NCBI GenBank assembly: GCA_002633005.1
Contig: NMRA01000017.1
Coordinates: 516,260-580,259, forward strand
DNA from: Phoronis australis
Taxonomy: Eukaryota; Animalia; Phoronida
Direction of reading: 5' to 3'
DNA: 64,000 bases
Shown: positions 21,858-33,018 of the stretch, in pieces
How the letters are laid out: each line of letters begins with the position of its first letter
Position numbering within the stretch: position 1 is the first letter of the stretch
Notes under the pieces: model-generated
Told to the model about the DNA's origin: nothing
The model's input: only the letters and a program-made list of their open reading frames with translations
Database searches by the model: none
Position numbers and translations under genes: made by a program

Positions 21858-24800
21858 TTAGTACTTTTGTCCAACGAAGAGTAACTCTGGAAATAAGGAG
21901 ACTTACAGCGATGTGTTTTATGCACACTCGGTATTTTTTGTGTTGACATGAAAGAGAAGCACTTTGTTGTGTGACGTCAGTGCCATTGCTCAACAATGCA
22001 AGTAACCGAATGCGCAACTACAGAGTAACGTATAACACGTGCTTTTCACAATAGGGACGGGTGATTTATAACAATCTATAACGGCTGCTATGAACCGGTC
22101 TTCGATCAAAAAACACTTACGGTTAAACTTATCTCGACCAGGCAAGTTGGTTTGACTCTGCTGGGCATTTGATTCGCCGAACATGGCTTCAAAAAATTGT
22201 CAGTTTTTCATCAGGGCAAAAACTACTACTTCCAACTTGAGTAAAATCAGACATCAATGTATAACGGTAAGTGTTTTAAATCAAAAGTTAGTTATTTGAC
22301 AGAAGGCTGGTACATAAATGTACTTACAGAGAGGAACACCGTAGTGACGTAATGCAGAGAGTGTGCCATGGCCTGGTCGATATAGATGAGCAGACGAACA
22401 ACAACGTACAGAGCCATGGCTGTGAACAAATTCACGTGTATTTTGGTCCGTTCGCACCTCAAACTCCTTGAACAAAACAGATTACGCGCTTCGTGAATTT
22501 TCAGTGTCGATCATCCCTAATCCTAAATCGCAAAGAAGGCTCATGGACCTGGAACGTATTCCACGAGGAAATGCCGCTAAATTCGACCATCTTCGTCTAA
22601 TTATTCAGTTGTAACCAAACCTATATTCCCATATTCACCACTTAAATCTCAGTCCAATCAAGTAAGACACTAATAAAAAAAATAAAGTTTGTTTCTCCTC
22701 GCGTAGAATATGTACTGACAAAGACATTTTTCAGTGCTGAATACGACATTTTCGTCGCAACAACAGTGAGCGCGCTCCGACAATGAAAAGTGGAAAAATA
22801 TTTTCCAACAGAACGACATCTACCCATCTTAGAGCATTTAAAAGTGTACATTTGTAAAGTTTGAGTTAACGCGACCGGTGTTTCTGACTCCGCGGCTTCA
22901 AAAAGATAGCGTCAAGAAAACACACTGCAGAGAGTGAAGCCTCAAAAACGCTTCAAAAATGCTAATTTTTAAGAAAAGACTGCGTCCAAAATTTTTTTCG
23001 GAAAAGTGACGAGGCTCTTGAAATTCGGAAAATAGTATTGCCGCACGTAGCGCCCTCATTCAGACATGGGCTATAACAGTAGTTTCATGACAAAGCGTTT
23101 GATAGCAAATGGTCAACTGGACCTATTAACCAACATTTCCCACGTTTAACAGACATGAAAACGTCACATGTGATCTTTTTAAAGCCTTGTTTCCGAAAAA
23201 AGAGCTCTTTAGGAAATCCTCGATAATAGTATTACAGCCGTACTAGTGCTGTTTTTGTGGCTTTAACATTTTAAAAAATAACCAATAAGATTTCATTTTC
23301 TTTATCAGCGAAGGTACTCCTTAGAAAAACAAAAATGTAGACTACGCAACGTTTTGTAGACCGAGTTTCTTGCGAGAAAAGCGAGATCACGCAATACTAC
23401 ACAATATCGCAGGAGTGAAATTCGAATGTTTCGCTAGCATGTGTGGGATCTTACCATCCTTTCCAGCAAAATCACGGTCATTGAAGAAAGTGCTCAGTGA
23501 GCTTGGAATGTTGAAATATGACTGAATTAAAAAATATGTTGAAGTTCCACAATGAAAGATTTTTCACCGCAAGAGGAAGCTAATTGTTACTGCAGTCGCA
23601 ATCTTTCATGTTCGCAACATAAAAGCATTTCCGGGGTAGTTGTGAAGAAATGAAATGACCCCCGTAAGATGTACCCCCGATTCCCTCATTAACCACGTGA
23701 CACTGGTATTTGAATGCGTTTTCCCTCCATAGTGTTGACGTTAACTTGTTCTCATCCTTTAGTGTGAAGGTGGTGGGTGGAGGGGGGTGGATTTTAACTG
23801 TAAATAAACGTTCAACTGTTATATTTAAATATACTCTAGCCTGTGCACTGCATTTTCTCGTGCGCTGATTTGATGTGTTTTGCTCGTTTTAAAGTAACCG
23901 GCTGTTCTTGCAATAGTAGTAGAAGATGGAAATTTTCACTTTGTAATGGGTTTTATTGGACTTTGTTAAAAGTTTTCTACACCACATGATCGCGTGCTTT
24001 ACTTGTAACGCATGGTGATATCTCACGAAGACTTGAGTGATCTTGGGAGTGTATTATGTCAACGGATCAGGCACCAGGAAATTTCTTTCTGATGTAGTGA
24101 TATTTCCTTCTTACCGCGCAGTAATAAGTCCATTGATCATTTTACAGATAGCGGTAATCGAGGCGTACGCACCCCAGGCCGTAGATTTGTATGATATGGA
24201 TCATCCAGTCAAGGATCGTAGAGTGTCACGAATTAGGCAATCTTCTTACCAGTTTTAAACTGGCAATGAATTTTGGATATGCTTCCTACCTACTCCATCT
24301 ATGATCTACTGAACTACTTATGGCTGCTTCAAATGCTGCTAAAATGAAGTGATTTCTACAGCTCGCCTAGCTACGTCTATTGGCCGTGTTACGTTGGATG
24401 GCCGCTTTTCAGTAGTCCTTGGTGTAAAAGACGTCTCACGCTATCCGTAAAAAGGCCAATTTGAAAACTAACGACCTTAGTAAGGGTATCACGAAACAGT
24501 CTAATACATTCTTATTGGTTAGATTACCTCCAGCTAATGACATGAAGTAACTTTGGAACTGCTGCCCAACTCTATCAAAGCTGTTTTGACACTCATTGTA
24601 ATAGTACTTGCCAGTATTTAAGAGTGAAATTAATTTCTTTATGCATATGCGCACCCAGCCTAAAATATAGGGGGGCTCGAATTTTTGACAGTGTGTACCT
24701 TTTTCTAACAAAAATAACGGTGGACTAAAAAAGAACAGGGTACTACGTTCAGAGCTATGGATTTTGCATTCGCGCCTTTTTAGTTGACTTTTGTCTCGTT

Positions 24801-27524
24801 TTCTCTGATTTTTTCTGTTTCTCTGAGGCGGACCTTTTTGCCCACTTCGCCAAATGGAGGAGAGGGCTCCTTCGATCCCCCGAGCCCCTCTGGGCGCGCG
24901 CATGTTAGTGGAATTAGAACACATGCACATTTGGATTAGATTATAATTAGCGTTTAAGTACATGTAGCAAGTTAAATGACAATCACTCAGGGATTAAACT
25001 TGACCCACAATTCAATGGTTTTGTGTCATTCGCCTCACTTACCTGACACAGCAAAATATGGAGACTGAGATGATCAAGGCAACGAGAGAGACGCAAGACC
25101 CTGACACCTCAAGAGCTCGAATTGTACGTAACACAGATTGAATTGCCTGAAATATGAATACGGCTCTTTCAGTTTTCTTAGGTGTCCTCGACTCTTATTA
25201 GCCAAATATGTAAAAATAGTTATTGTCAACTGTTAAAAGTACGTATTATTGTTGGAGAAAGCATTCTCTACTGAAGGGACGGAAAGATGTTTCTTCAGGC
25301 CCCTTGCAGTCACTGGGTTTGAGAGACCAGTAGCAGTGGATTGGCTGATAAAGAGTAGGTGCGCCGTTATTTTTCTCCCCTCTTAAGAAAGCATTCTAAG
25401 GCTTGTGGAAATCTTCCCGAAAGAAGGGTCCCTAGTAATATGGAAAATGTCTTTCAAGCCAGTCCCGGCGTCACTTTTCGTCACCTTGTGCCTGGAGTGC
25501 GTTCTGTTGACGCAAAAATCTAATGAATAACCAAATCAAGCAAACCACGCAAAATCGCGATAACAAAAAAACAGTGTTTCGGGGATATGTTCGGCAGATT
25601 ACCAGCGTAATCTAGCAAAAGAGGGCCCACTGAATTGATTGGTCTGTGAGACTGGGATGTTGAATTATGGGTAGAATTCACAGTATCCGTTCCATAAGCG
25701 TAGATTTCTCGCGGTAAGCCATTGCTTCGCGAGTGTCTTGGGTCTACGAAACAGTTCTGGAAAACTCCATCTGCTGCGAAAAGGGCGATTTCCCACAAAT
25801 CTATTTTAAGACAGATTCGCTGTTTTTATTGTAACATTAAGATGTGGGTGACGTCTTCAGTCAAATTTCTGCTTTCCAAATGTAAAGTTAGGCGCACAGC
25901 TTCCTAAAACGATCGGTCGCAGTTAACAAGGACTGAGTTAATACGGCCCACTTTTAATCGATGTAGCGACTAATACTTTAATCTGTTTAGCAACTGTGGT
26001 GTATATGTTAGCTGAATTGAATTAATCCAGTCAGTACATGCCTTGGTGGTCTGGGGTATGTATGACCACCTTCAGTACCATGGGCTGTGACCGCTAATCT
26101 TTACTCTAGACTAGACACAAAAATTGACCAATCACAGTGCGTGAAACTGGTAAAATTATTCGAAGCGTGGCACAAAGTAGTCAGTGGGGCCTTGAGCAAA
26201 ATTTGTTTGTCGTGGGCTCTGTACAGTTATGCATGCATTGTCGAGCAAATGAACAAAGTCAAAAAGTAAGAAACTGCTTATAACTTGTGAAAACTGAATC
26301 ATACCTCTCGTTCATCTTCAGTTTTATTCCCATACAAGTTCATGTATAGGGTTCGCCCTTCTGGAGTGTAGCACTCAGTAAAATTGGTCCATCCTTTGCC
26401 ACCGCCATCTGTTGAGTCTTTGGATAACCACACTCCATCACTTCCACATTTTCGTGTGGCAAACTCTAAAAATTAATAGACTACTTTTCATTAGCTTTTG
26501 ACCTCTTCAGTTGCACAGTGGGACCTGAGACAGATCTATAAACTTAGCACGCACGTACTGGAGTCTCCATCAATCACCGTGATTACACTAGTGACATTTT
26601 TCAATAAACCTTCGCTGCTAATGTACCAAATGTTTCTAAACAGCAAAGAATGTTACGTGTAGACTGTGAATAAATTGTTATTTTACTAAGTAAATCTACT
26701 GCCTAGAAATAGACTCTCACAAATACCTGAATATCAACACTGCAGAAGAAGTGCAAAGATTACACGGTTTAAGAGAAGAGAAGCAAAATTCCAGATTGTA
26801 GTCAAATCGAATTAAAGATTCCCTCATTAAGTTGAATGACAAACAAGTACAACTGTTCAACCCGGAGACCTACAACGACGCATTTAATTAGTTGGCAACG
26901 ACTGTAAAACTCATATTGCTTTAAACACTATATGCAGTCTTCATATAGGGACACCTTAGGAGGCCGTTGATGTCTTTAACTCTCCCCGTAATCAAACTTT
27001 TTTTAACAATCCTTCGCTCTGTTGCCCAAATTGGTAATTGACCATTTTTACGCTCGCGCCAGGGGATATGATGTCATACAATCTCATTTCAAATAAAGGA
27101 TGTAAGAACGAGATGACGTTGGTTCGGAAGAATAAATACACCTGTGAAGAACGTTGATGTTTTTAGCACTACAACTTTAGGAACACTTGATTGGCTTGGC
27201 TGTCAACCAGTTAAAACATCTGATTAGTTTTCGATGACAAAGACCAATTAGAGGCTTGACCCAGCGGAACTGACGAAGACAACCAAGCGCAGCCATAGTT
27301 GTAGCGCGGCATTGAAAGACCTCTAAACAAACTTCCCAAGTTTACGAATTCCCATTTAAGTAGATTTAATTTAACTCAAGCTACTCAGTATCGATTGTAA
27401 ATGAACGAAGTCTCACTTGAGGAGTCGAAAGCTCTTATCTTCGGGCAGTGATTTCTTGCGGTCAAACCAGAAGGCGTGGCAGGCCAACAGAGAATACCGT
27501 CAAATGTCGCATTGCAGAACACAC
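10116..27524 (-). CDS. Pdfr: Class B (secretin-like) GPCR, pigment-dispersing-factor-receptor-like; multi-exon gene, extreme N-terminus unresolved
   Basis: Nine GT-AG exons join in frame (~400 aa): 27524-27417, 26465-26305, 25146-25043, 22466-22328, 18149-17999, 17405-17336 (or 16322-16253), 16773-16704 (or 15803-15734), 11829-11545, 10259-10158. Hormone-binding domain CNATFDGILCWP..C..C...GVW..GWTNFTEC. Class B motifs IHVNLF, WMFLEGFHL, IGWGVP, LLPLLG, FQGF..SVLYCFQNGEV. PDFR-type segments RTKIHxNLF.AM..VRL.IY.DQ, PFYWIVEGPR and KLR.S...[17 protein letters not shown]. Confidence 0.85.
10158..10259 (-). CDS. PDFR-like GPCR exon: helix 8 / C-tail
   Basis: tttag|GTC CGT encodes VRNVLNRKIAQLSYQRLSINFTSHTSAATRRVPQ, then |gtaatg. 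If that donor is unused, the frame closes at TGA 10118-10116. Confidence 0.8.
11126..11317. repeat. Two-copy tandem duplication (~90-100 bp) in a GPCR intron
   Basis: ATGCCAATGTTTTAACTC...CAAGAGACACTCGATCG occurs twice back-to-back. Confidence 0.85.
11545..11829 (-). CDS. PDFR-like GPCR exon: end of TM5 to TM7
   Basis: 285 nt, phase 0-0; [46 protein letters not shown]...FQGFYLSVLYCFQNGE. Confidence 0.93.
12592..13356. repeat. Permuted direct repeats (A-B ... B-A)
   Basis: A = TATTCAATTACGGnCCTATCGCCTCG at 12592-12617 and 13331-13356. B is a ~140 bp block ending CGCGTACCCCGGGCAAAATAGA at ~12630-12765 and ~13175-13312. Confidence 0.7.
14858..15240 (-). mobile_element. Small Penelope-like remnant (endonuclease C-terminus + hammerhead motif)
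   Basis: AVFSHINTAGHSFDTGDVHILDRE (GIY-YIG C-terminal SAVxxH...H.FD..V.ILD.E pattern). Minus-strand TTGATGA-AGC-GTGACTAG-GCT-GAAA-CGTC at 14890-14862. Confidence 0.7.
15734..15803 (-). CDS. PDFR-like GPCR exon ECL2/TM5 (copy 1)
   Basis: cag|T TGC TGG TAC encodes CWYGYTTSPFYWIVEGPRVVIIL, then |gtaagt. Confidence 0.8.
16253..16322 (-). CDS. PDFR-like GPCR exon TM4 (copy 1)
   Basis: tag|GC GTT CCC encodes GVPMLCTSLWALTQGFLYQGSPH, then AA|gtacgt. Confidence 0.8.
16704..16773 (-). CDS. PDFR-like GPCR exon ECL2/TM5 (copy 2)
   Basis: Same peptide as 15734-15803, with two synonymous differences. Confidence 0.8.
17336..17405 (-). CDS. PDFR-like GPCR exon TM4 (copy 2)
   Basis: Same peptide as 16253-16322, with one synonymous difference. 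Confidence 0.8.
17999..18149 (-). CDS. PDFR-like GPCR exon TM3-ICL2
   Basis: tttcag|CCG ATA GTG TGC encodes PIVCEMMYTLMEYSNSCVFMWMFLEGFHLNSTLT...YVFIGW, then G|gtaagc. Confidence 0.92.
18672..18818. repeat. 42-bp minisatellite, ~3.5 copies
   Basis: Unit approximately TGAGAGGGTCAATATACACGTAAGCATGTGATCTACGTTTAT. Confidence 0.9.
18843..20980 (+). mobile_element. RTE-clade non-LTR retrotransposon (BovB/AviRTE-like), internally deleted and pseudogenised
   Basis: RT motifs CGNYSGISLLSIAGKIFARI, ESHCGFRPGRSTVDMIF, AFIDLTKAF, GVKQ.CVLAP.LF, LFADD, FKYLGS, LLYGCESW, QLRWMGH. C-terminal C2H2 finger CPTCARLCASRLGLQSHLRVH. Frameshift at ~19771 and stop at 20146-20148. The 5' UTR is retained but no APE endonuclease is visible. 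The 3' end runs into (TA)n. Confidence 0.95.
20981..21077. repeat. (TA)n microsatellite
   Basis: Direct observation; abuts the N-gap. Confidence 0.95.
21548..21811 (+). mobile_element. Second copy of the Naiad-type Penelope 3' end/pLTR
   Basis: Nearly identical to 5578-5841; followed by (TA)n at 21812-21855. Confidence 0.85.
22328..22466 (-). CDS. PDFR-like GPCR exon ICL1-TM2
   Basis: caag|G AGT TTG AGG TGC encodes SLRCERTKIHVNLFTAMALYVVVRLLIYIDQAMAHSLHYVTTVFLS, then |gtaagt. Confidence 0.92.
24644..24904. mobile_element. ~260-bp MITE (CATAyGCGCACCCAG...CTGGGCrCGCGCAyG), hAT-like
   Basis: Inverted termini; homologous copy at 37803-38060 and a partial copy at ~61230-61400. Confidence 0.7.
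25043..25146 (-). CDS. PDFR-like GPCR exon TM1
   Basis: tttcag|GCA ATT CAA encodes AIQSVLRTIRALEVSGSCVSLVALIISVSIFCCV, then AG|gtaagt. Confidence 0.92.
26305..26465 (-). CDS. PDFR-like GPCR exon, hormone-binding ectodomain (part 2)
   Basis: ttttag|AG TTT GCC encodes FATRKCGSDGVWLSKDSTDGGGKGWTNFTECYTPEGRTLYMNLYGNKTEDERE, then |gtatga. Confidence 0.93.
27417..27524 (-). CDS. PDFR-like GPCR exon, hormone-binding ectodomain (part 1)
   Basis: ttccag|GT GTG TTC TGC encodes VFCNATFDGILCWPATPSGLTARNHCPKIRAFDSS, then A|gtgaga. Confidence 0.93.
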
Positions 27525-27793
27525 CTGGAAATTACATTTTTATTTGTAATAATCACAAATTTCAATAGACCTTTTGCGAGATAAGAAGCAAGGTGGGTTT
27601 TGTCCGACTTCCCTTGATGTCACGTTGCTAGCCTGTTACTGCTAAGCGGGAGTTCATCTGAGGTTTGCAACAACTCATACTAGTTTTCCACTCATGCGGG
27701 TTTATAGGCTTTGGCAAAGTCTCGTAGACTGTTGAAAAGCGCGCGAAATCACGTAACACGACGAAAAATTCTCGAGTACTTCCGAGAACTTAC

Positions 27794-28128
27794 TGGCCAA
27801 ATGGGTGAACGTTACGCACGTAAATTACGTGCGCAAATTAATTCTTGTTGGTGGCGCAAATTAATTATTAACAGGGTAAATTAATTATTTGTGGCGTAAA
27901 TTAACTTTTAACGGCGTAAAGTGATTATTTGCGGCATAAAGTAATCATTTTCGGCCTAACTTAAAGTTAATTCACATGCGTAAAGTAATAATTTACGTAC
28001 GTAAAGTAATAATTTACGTCTTTACGCCGCTAAAACTTACTTTACGCCGCAAATAATTACTTTTACGTCACTAACAAGAAATAATTTACGCACACAATTT
28101 ACGTGCGTAACGTTCGCCCATTTGGCCA
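27794..28128. mobile_element. Palindromic MITE with ~33-bp TIRs and internal ~20-bp repeats
   Basis: TGGCCAAATGGGTGAACGTTACGCACGTAAATT at the left end and its near-perfect reverse complement at 28096-28128. Internal TTATTTGCGGCGTAAAG-like units occur in mirrored orientation. Confidence 0.85.
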
Positions 28129-31100
28129 ACGATAGATGATGGCCGCTGATTGGTTGGTCAGGTTAGAATGTTGAACTGTGGGACTGAATTGATAAATTAT
28201 GGGATACAATTCACTGTTTCCGTCCATAAGCGAAGAGTTATCGCCACACGGGCGAGCTAATGCCTTAGTAGGCTAACGGAACGTAGCTTTGAGGAGGAGA
28301 AATGTAACAAGCTAGTGATTCTGTCCCATTTTTCACTAATTTGGAAACTCGTAATTGATTTAGTGTCAGTTAGCGATTATTGTTATTTAGGCTTATTGAC
28401 AACTCATCGTTTTTAGTCAAATATCTACAAAACTGTAGATTTTAATTGAGTAAAAATAAAAATGGCTTTTGAAAGTAGGAAGCTTGTAGAATTTGATTTT
28501 TGACTTACGACCAATCTGCCATTAACTGGGTCAGCTGACCACGTCTTTTTAGTAAAAATTTTCAAAAAAACAAAGCTACTTTCGTAGCAAAAACAACGGC
28601 CTCAGACCAAAGTTCATGTTATATATTTTCAAGTTGAAATCTCAAAAACTCTATTACATGTTTCTAAAACATTATTCCGTTTGTGGTTTATGCAACTTCT
28701 CACAAAAATCAAAAAGTTCTATATCTTTGATAGCTTCTTACGCAACCGCTTAAAATTTTAGAAATAAGTCGTAACAGCGATTTTATGATCAGCGCGTAAA
28801 GTGTAGTACGTAAAAGTTTCATACGATTGATATGCCATTTCTAAGATGTTCCAAGGTTTGCCACATGTTTCCACTACATACCGTAATGCCTGCTGTATAT
28901 TTAAGACAGTCATTTGACGTAAAAAAATATTTCCAGTTTTCACCCTTTTGCACTCATAGTCTACATGTAGTAGCATGGAGTTTTTATATGTCGCACTTCA
29001 TCGCACGTAGTTTGGTATTGATCACTTAGTTCTTTTTAACAAAGAAGTTACATTGATCTCTGCTTTAGTGGGTCGAAAATATACAACTTCAAGGTAAGAC
29101 AAAATTCGAAAGAACCGCTTACTCAGATGAGAAATATTTTCTGAGTTTCAAAGTTCGTTGTCATGATTCTTCCAGACCGTGCTGGGCACATACTAATGAC
29201 GCACCGTGACGAGCCAACTTGCAAGAGGCTCAGTTGACCTCAAACAATGTCCACCTGCCGGTTCTTCCGAAGATCTGAAATAATTTTCGAAGTGACCAAG
29301 GAACAATTTGAGACCAATTTCCTAATGCTACGTGACCGAAATTAATGTTTACGACGGAAGGAAGTTTTTATAGCCGTTTTAAGTCAAAACATCAGACAAT
29401 TCCTGAAACGGTGTGTCCCAAGGTAATAATCATAATACTTAAACAGCGTTCAATCACGAAAATTTTTAGCAAACTGACATTAATCATAAGGTCTCTCAAA
29501 CGTTCAATAATTGGGTGTTTTGTGATGATAGAAGTGTTGACTCTCATACAGCTAGCTGCGATATTCAAACTTCGTCATTTCTCAATCAATCATTCTAAAA
29601 CAGCGCAGCAAAACAAGCATCAGAGCTAATGAATTGTTGCTTGCATCTCGATCTGCACTTATGTTTTGATTAAAAAACAATTTCTTATTCCAAAATAACA
29701 AATAACAACAGACTATCTGACACAAAGTCAATTATGAATTTTAGCAAAATAAACGCTATTACTAAAAGTGCGTGATGCAGGGTGCTTCGAGATCAACATA
29801 TCACCATCGCTTCAGGAACGAGGACAATTACAGAGCCTTTGTAGTTACTAATCTCTGTGGATGTTGGCTAGTAATAAATCCTTCGCAGCACCCTCATGTT
29901 ACTACATTGTCGTAGCAAATGTCAACGCGGTGACACCAGAGATTTGTGACGTGATACATTAGGCCAACACAATAGTTTGGTGATGTGGTACATTAGGCCG
30001 AAAAGCTGAGCATTTGCTGTTTGTGGTAGGTGAATTTTTAAAAATCGAATCGGTGGTGCAGTGTTCTTTAGTTTCTCGATATTTTCAAAACTGAAAGTCC
30101 AAAAATTATCCGTTTTTTCATTTATTAAAATTTAACCAGTAACGGGTGAGGTGGAGGGGGGGGGGGCTGGCGGCAGCCATGCTAGAACTCGAGAAGTCTT
30201 CTGTTACCTCTATTGGCGACAGCGAACAAGGAAATGGCGCCATAATCCGGCGTGTTGACGCCAAATATCCAACAAAAATTGTCATTTAGAATAGCAGATT
30301 TCCCCAGCAGAATGATTCCGTTACGCTCAGAATAGCCAGTGTATAAGTAGAATTTCGAAGCCAACACCACGTCATAACCGCCCGGGAAAAGGTGTCTTGA
30401 CGGCAACCCTCACGATACACGACCAAATATCACTGTAATCGATGCATTAGTAGCGACGAGCCGAGCAAGCCGTCACGTGTTGGGGTCAACATACCCCTAT
30501 ATCCAAGTGCACTGATGAATATCTGGATTTGTCAGCGTTCTTTTGTCTCAGAGTAAAATTTTGTATTTGTCAAAAGAAATGTAATCTAGCCTAATATAAT
30601 TCTACAGTTTAGTCACATCTACGCATCTACGCTTCGTTCTTTAAGTAGCTGGCAAAATTATAGACTTTACTGTTTTCTTTTGCTCGGACACGCGCTATAT
30701 CTCAGTACATATCATAGAGCTCTAGACAACGTCCTACGACGTACTTCAGTGCAAGAGACCTCAGACGATTTCAGACTGAAATGTCGCAGCTTTATCCGAC
30801 AAGTACACGCGCTGGTTGCACTAACTCTTGGGATTTATCTACTGGGTTCGTTTTGTTGTACAACTACCGTTTCATCCATCGAACTACATGTAGGGGTCAA
30901 TATTCCTTTGAAGTTGTGGTAAGCCATTATGTTTTGTTGACAGCGGCTGTTTTCAACATGTCACGCAACTTTGCCCAGGTCTTAGATTAGGCGAAGTGCC
31001 ATATGCAATTTGCAAAATGGACGACTTCTTCAAACATAAACTTAAAAATTTTAAATCAACACACTTAAATTTAAATCAACTAAAGTGTGTCGACGATCGC

Positions 31101-32864
31101 ATTGTTTTTAACTGGCAGAAGACTGAGCGATCTGCTATCGTGTTCAGTTGTTGCAGAGAGCACGTCCCACAGGGTTAATCTCCGATATACTCGCACCACC
31201 ACGATGATAAGTTTATGAACGTACCGCGCAGCAAACTTGAACTCAAATTGTGAGGAAGGTCAAACATTTTTGTTTCCTATGCGAGAACAGGGTGATGTAG
31301 AGCTGAATCGTTGAACAAATCATTTATAACAGTTCTCTTAAGGCCATCTATGAGCGGGTTTAGGCCATCTCTGGACTGCTAATAGACATTTTCCTCTTAC
31401 GGAAACTGAAATGTACAGAAAAATGACAAAATAACTGCAACTACATTACAAAAAATCCAATTGTTGAGTTGCTGTATTATACTACGAAACAATAGCTTGT
31501 TCGTACAGTAAGTAATCCTGGTGCATCCTCAAAATATTTGCGCAAATATTATTCTATTCAAATAGTATTTTTACCATCACATTACATGCCAGTTCTAAGA
31601 ATATCATGGAAATGTAATGATCGGAATTTAAAGAAGCTAGAAAATTACTCGTGATTGTTTTTCCATTAGTAGTACTGAATCTCCATTATGACAGGTGGCT
31701 GACGGGCGTAGCGACGGACAATCATTCACCGTTCAAAATCAAAGCATCCAGAACCAATAGACAGTCATTTTGTCGCAGCCCGACACAAGGTGGCGTTCTA
31801 GCGATCATGTTATTAGGCAGTTTTACTTGGTGCTTTTATTTGTTGATTTCTCACGCCAAAAGTGCAGTTTCCCTTGACGTACGGTTCCGTCAGAAAAGTG
31901 AATAGATCTCGAGCAACCAGGCAGGCGTCACTTGTTTCTTCCGTACGTGGTGTCCATCTACGTTTATTCAAAATTTTTTGTGAACTGTTCTTTATTGGGT
32001 GATCATTCACCGCTTTTCTGTCTATTCAACAATCCCGTTGTTATTCAGTCCACAGGCTCTCTGAATATTACGGCCACGGCGATGGAAGTAATGACCTCCA
32101 CTCTTCTTAAATCTGCAGCTCAAATGATCGTGCTTGCGCTGACAACTGCACCGGCACATCACTGTTTCCCTTGTGCTGGTCGTCAGTTTTGAGGACTAGT
32201 GTCTTGAACATTTTTGGTTTTTAACTGCACTGGCCTTGTGAGTGATTGATGTGCCTGAAAGCGTCATGGGTTGTATGTCTTCACCATTCTTATCGTCCAA
32301 TTTTATGCCCACAGCTGACTCCAAGACGTGCTTAAACGTAAGCTTTCCTCGGAAAATTTAAAGCTGTATCGCTCCCGAATTTAAGTCCAACACGTCCTTG
32401 TATTCTAATAGTCAATGCACGAGCATAGGGGAAATATTCAAATGTAAGGCTATGGCTATTCTGGATTTTGAATTTTACAGCTTGCCAAGTTTTTCAGTAA
32501 AGCATGCAAGACTTCTGCTATATATTGTTATAGTTTTGCCCGCATCACATTATATCACAATGGATATGACTGCAGGTAGCTAGCCTATATTTCACCAATC
32601 TTACATTTACGTATGACAGCATTAGTATATTTATAGACGCGAAGTGTTTTCTTATGGCCACAAGTGCCAAGCTTGCCCGAGTTAGTTCGGAAGTCACCTT
32701 TGAAATATTCATTTTTCAAGCTTGGATTACCAACAAACAATTCCCTGTCGACGCTTAAACAATTGTTGCCAATATTGAATTAAGTGCTCTTGTTTTTGCT
32801 TGAGTACTATTTGCCTGAAGGAGACATTCAGCTTTTTTAATTTCGTTTTAGCGGAGTATAGCTT

Positions 32865-33018
32865 CCCGTTCAGTAAGGCTAGGACCTCGCTAAAAAGAAA
32901 GACTTCGTGAGATTACGCGAGATATTGCCGTGTATTTCAAATGAGAGCACGTGACTTCGGCTAGATTTCAGCCAGGTCCTCATAGCGTAGGTCCTAGCGT
33001 TACTGAACGCACGCCAGG
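32865..33018. mobile_element. ~150-bp MITE (CGTTCAGTAACGCTAGGACCT TIR family)
   Basis: Inverted termini; further copies at 44161-44309 and ~49300-49438, and a partial copy at ~55820-55935. Confidence 0.85.

Noticed and set aside
20723-21884. Long ORFs with YIYI runs
   Set aside because: (TA)n repeats plus an N-gap.
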